Source: Ostrea edulis
Lineage: Eukaryota
Reading direction: 5' to 3'
NCBI RefSeq assembly: GCF_947568905.1
Contig: NC_079165.1
Span: 105,772,001 to 105,836,000, forward strand
Length of the DNA: 64,000 nucleotides
A program made the position numbers and the translations under genes. Shown here piece after piece: positions 60,701 to 64,000 of the stretch (position 1 is the first letter of the stretch; each line of letters begins with the position of its first letter). The notes beneath the pieces are model-generated. The model was not told the DNA's origin. It searched no databases and saw only the letters and a list, made by a program, of their open reading frames with translations.

Positions 60701-62621
60701 AGATATACTCATGCATAACATGCTGTTGAACAAGTGAGTTCTTACTGTTCTAACAGCCTGAAGATCTCTCAGTATCTGTAAAACCATTATATCATCTTTT
60801 TATCAAAGAACACATTATTCTTTATGAACACCTATCTCCTACATCTTATTTTGAACACTTTCTGTTTAAATATGTCGATGTAATAACATACTAACTAATT
60901 TGGGGATTTAATACGGATTACATCTATAACAGCATGAATACATTGGCCTTACCATTCGATCTGCTTCTGTCAAAAGTTTCTGGAACTGTTCGTTGTCAGC
61001 TAACCAGAAAGGAAGTTCAATCTCTCCTGCAAACATAGAGTTTGTACTTATAACCAGTATCAGTCCGGAAATACTTCCCATAATGTGACCATTTCTTTGT
61101 AGAGCACCCCCCCCCCCTCTCTTCCCCAGAATAAAATCCTTAGAAAAGCTTAAACTGTAGAATGATTTTATATATCTGAAAGTGTGATCTTGTTAAATAC
61201 ACTATCAGTAAATCTATAGCTGCATCCATTTGTAAGCAAAGTTTATTGACATAAAATTGAAATGTTTTTCGTGTGAAATTTACTAAACCTTTTGAATTAT
61301 TAAAAAAAATATATATTTGGAAGATGACTGCTTTGTGAAAGTGGACCCTTAAAACTTCCTGGATTTTCCATGTGGAATGAGTTATCAGCAGATTGTTAAT
61401 GGTTAAAGTGGGATTCCTTCCGCATACATACGGTTACATGGGAGATTTAGGAGATATGTGGGAGATTTCTGTTCAAGATGAAGAAAACTATTCTAATCTT
61501 TCCTTTATGTCTAGTTCCAAATATTCTCGGACAAAATCTAGTTCCATTCAAGCATGTGAATACCACATCTTACCTTTGGCTTTAGCATTCTCCAAAAGTG
61601 TGCGAAGTTCTCTCAATCTCCTAATCTCATCGTGAAGTTGTGTGTGTTTAGTTTTGGAGGCCTGTAGATCTAGTTCCAAATCTATTGAGGTTCTCAGTGG
61701 AAGTTTTTCTCCACGAATACCATGAAAAGTTGACTACAAATGGTTACAGAAGGTTCTCTTATAGTGCATGTACAGTATTATAATATTCCAAATGCATTGA
61801 CTGCAATCTTTATATTGAATAATTTAAAATCATGATTGTATGTATCAAATTTTTTTGTTAAGACTAAGTACAAAATAAGCTTCATACTGGAATGACAAAC
61901 CACAAAACAGGTTTTCACTCTACTGACATTTAAAAAAGAAAAAGAAACTTATAATCGAAGATAATTTTTTTTTCTGTAACATAATGGAATTAAATTGAAA
62001 ATAATATGGTATGTAGCGAGTGATTTCACACTGCAGTTCAAAAATGTTTGAAAAAAATCTTACCCTTTTCCATCGCATGCTTCTGCGATCTAATGAATTC
62101 CTCTGAAATGGGCCTTTCCTGAAGTGTGACATGGCACTATCACTGTCACTTCTGTTTAACTGTGAAAATGTACAAAATTAAACACATACCACCAAAAACA
62201 CTCTTTCTCATTTGGACAGGAATGGAAAAATTCCACTGAAATCAAAATTATACTGAATATCTGGCCCAAAAGCTACATGTATTGCTCCACAAAATATATC
62301 CCACATACTAGGCCTGGAGATGCACTTGGCTTCAAAAAGGCCCTGACCGGAAGCTGTACCTACCCTACAAACATACTGACTGCCTGGTCTACATGCTGGA
62401 GAGAATGTCTGTGACCTCCTGATGGTGCTATTCCTGGCTCCTTCCTGGGGCCTCCTCTTGATGGTGGGACGATCAGAGTACATCGAAACAGTGTTTGTCT
62501 CCTTGTCACAGGTACCAGTGGCAATTGAGTCCTCCTGATCCGTGGAACTGCCACTGTCGTCCTCGATGTGAACAGCATTATGGAGCTCCTCCATAGCTTC
62601 ATTTATTCGCTCATCATAGTC
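57792..62621 (-). CDS. WWC1: KIBRA/WWC family protein, last 6 coding exons (5' part outside window)
   Basis: Exons 62621-62364, 62159-62064, 61733-61574, 61026-60953, 59486-59362, 57924-57792, in frame (281 aa + stop). Motifs TIRRSQTFSP, QYVCRLNRSDSDS, RNSLDRRSMR, RTSIDLELDLQAS, REKMAFFT are KIBRA hallmarks. 3' UTR probably extends to ~56120. Confidence 0.95.
58430..59068 (-). mobile_element. Degenerate HINE in KIBRA intron
   Basis: gacagacagaatacagacaac...aatcagaaattcagctcagg is the reverse of the HINE start seen at 27230; central repeats with ccatgggtcatgg motifs. Confidence 0.5.
59069..59350. repeat. 52-bp minisatellite, ~5.5 copies
   Basis: accattaatattcacacattaactatcatttctatcaacatatcttagaaat repeats at 59069, 59121, 59177, 59221, 59273, 59325. 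Confidence 0.9.
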
Positions 62622-62998
62622 CTGGTGGAAAGTAGAATAAGTCATTTATTTGAAGATAATCTTTCTCTTCGTTACATAAATCTGCTGTATCTTGACACTC
62701 ATATCTACTGATTACAGATGAGTTATAATTGTGCACATGGGAGACAACTATGCAAATTAATTCAATCACAAGAATGGATATTAGTTAAAAGATAATGGCA
62801 ACCTAGGTACAATGATCAACCTATGCAGTATGTATGTAACAATACTGATGACACTCAAAAGTGCCAACTCCATCAATAATATGTGTACATAATAAAATTT
62901 ACGCACATGTTCATAAAATAGGAAATTCAACAAAGATCTTCAAAACAAGCTAATGCAAGTAATTGTCAACCCCCCCCCCCCCTCAAACTATTTTCAAA

Positions 62999-63475
62999 AC
63001 AAGAGGTACTGTGAGCAATGCTCACTAAGAATACCCCCCGCTTACCCCAATCTCCCAAAGGGTGTTGGTAATAGGTAAACTACCTCTTTTCTGAGTGTAA
63101 AAAACAAATGGTATGACAAACCGAACCATATTGCTACTTCGATGTCCAGTGCGCGTGACCTTTGACCTTTTGACCCCAAAATCGATAGGGAACATCTTCA
63201 TCCCATGGGTAGTCCATATGTATGATATGGTGACTGTAGGTGGAAAGGATAACGTTTTAGAGCCCGGAAACCATATTGCTACTTCGATGTCCAGTGCGCT
63301 TGACCTTTGACCCCAAAATCGATAGGGAACATCTTCATCCCATGGGTAGTCCATATATATGATATGGTGACGGTAGGGGGAAAGGATAATGCTTTAGAGC
63401 CCCGGAAACCATTGCGTCTACGGACGGACAGACAGACGGAAAACCCGATTCCAGTATACCCCCACCACCACATAT
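62999..63475. mobile_element. Intact-looking HINE with ~140-bp central tandem repeats
   Basis: aacaagagg start, palindrome gtgagcaatgctcac, two central units (63124, 63268) with gacctttgacc, microsatellite cggacggacagacagacgg, 3' atacccccc. Confidence 0.75.
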
Positions 63476-63813
63476 AACTATATTTAAACAGTATTTCATT
63501 CATGAATAGGAACTTGACTCAGATTAAACAACAGATGTTAGGCCTCATAGACACATGCTAACTATGAATCCTGATATAAAAGTACTGTCGTAGGAAGTAA
63601 AGGTATCGTAATAAGATATTAAAGGTATTGTAATAAAAAAATGTACAGTCTGAAGTATAAGGAATGAATGTATAGCCTATGAACTGGTATTAAAATAAGG
63701 AGTTTACAGTCCAAATATACAATCCCAAAGTGAATGTATTTCCAAGATTGTTGACCAGGTTAAAGCTTCTGTGACAGACTGATGGACAAACATGTAGAGT
63801 GAGAAGATTTAAC

Positions 63814-64000
63814 ATCTATGTATATAATATATAAAATCCTCACACAAAAATAGTGCTGTGACAATCTATGTATATAATATATATAATCCTCCCACAAAAA
63901 TAGTGCTGTGACAATCTATGTATATAATATTAAAATCCTCCCACAAAAGTAGTGCTGTGACAATCTATGTATATAATATATATAATCCTCCCACAAAAAT
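63814..64000. repeat. 50-bp minisatellite, at least 3.7 copies, runs off window
   Basis: atctatgtatataatatatataatcctcccacaaaaatagtgctgtgaca at 63814, 63864, 63914, 63963. Confidence 0.9.

Noticed and set aside
62208-62645. 145-aa ORF as an independent gene
   Set aside because: One KIBRA exon (62621-62364) plus flanking intron sequence.

Overview
Eukaryotic, AT-rich, repeat-dense genomic DNA with spliceosomal introns. The repeat families and genes point to a bivalve, most likely an ostreid oyster (inference). Six protein-coding genes can be built by hand: (1) a two-exon orphan gene of 217 aa (minus strand, 8105-5475); (2) TCP1/CCT1, 12 exons, 556 aa (18127-30047, plus), which has a U12-type intron and two near-identical SNORA20-like H/ACA snoRNA copies in intron 4; (3) LRRC51, 5 exons, 207 aa (33689-36537, plus); (4) an intronless, catalytically degenerate pogo/CENP-B/TIGD-like domesticated transposase (44309-45946, plus); (5) an intronless RING-less B-box/coiled-coil/NHL TRIM-like gene (49802-48186, minus); (6) the last six coding exons of KIBRA/WWC (62621-57792, minus; the rest lies beyond the window). 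Between them are nested non-autonomous DNA transposons with readable TSDs (hAT, Kolobok-like, IS3EU-like, a 9-bp-TSD foldback), Helentron-type HINEs, SINEs, LINE remnants (RTE, CR1, an RNase H-bearing I-group element), many Penelope-like (Naiad-type) fragments and several tandem arrays. The most notable non-obvious signals are the twin intronic snoRNAs, a minimal hammerhead ribozyme in a Penelope-like tail, a 30-bp tandem array apparently built from a hammerhead-like core, the domesticated transposase, and a G-quadruplex minisatellite just behind the orphan gene. Family assignments come from recalled motifs; no database search was run.
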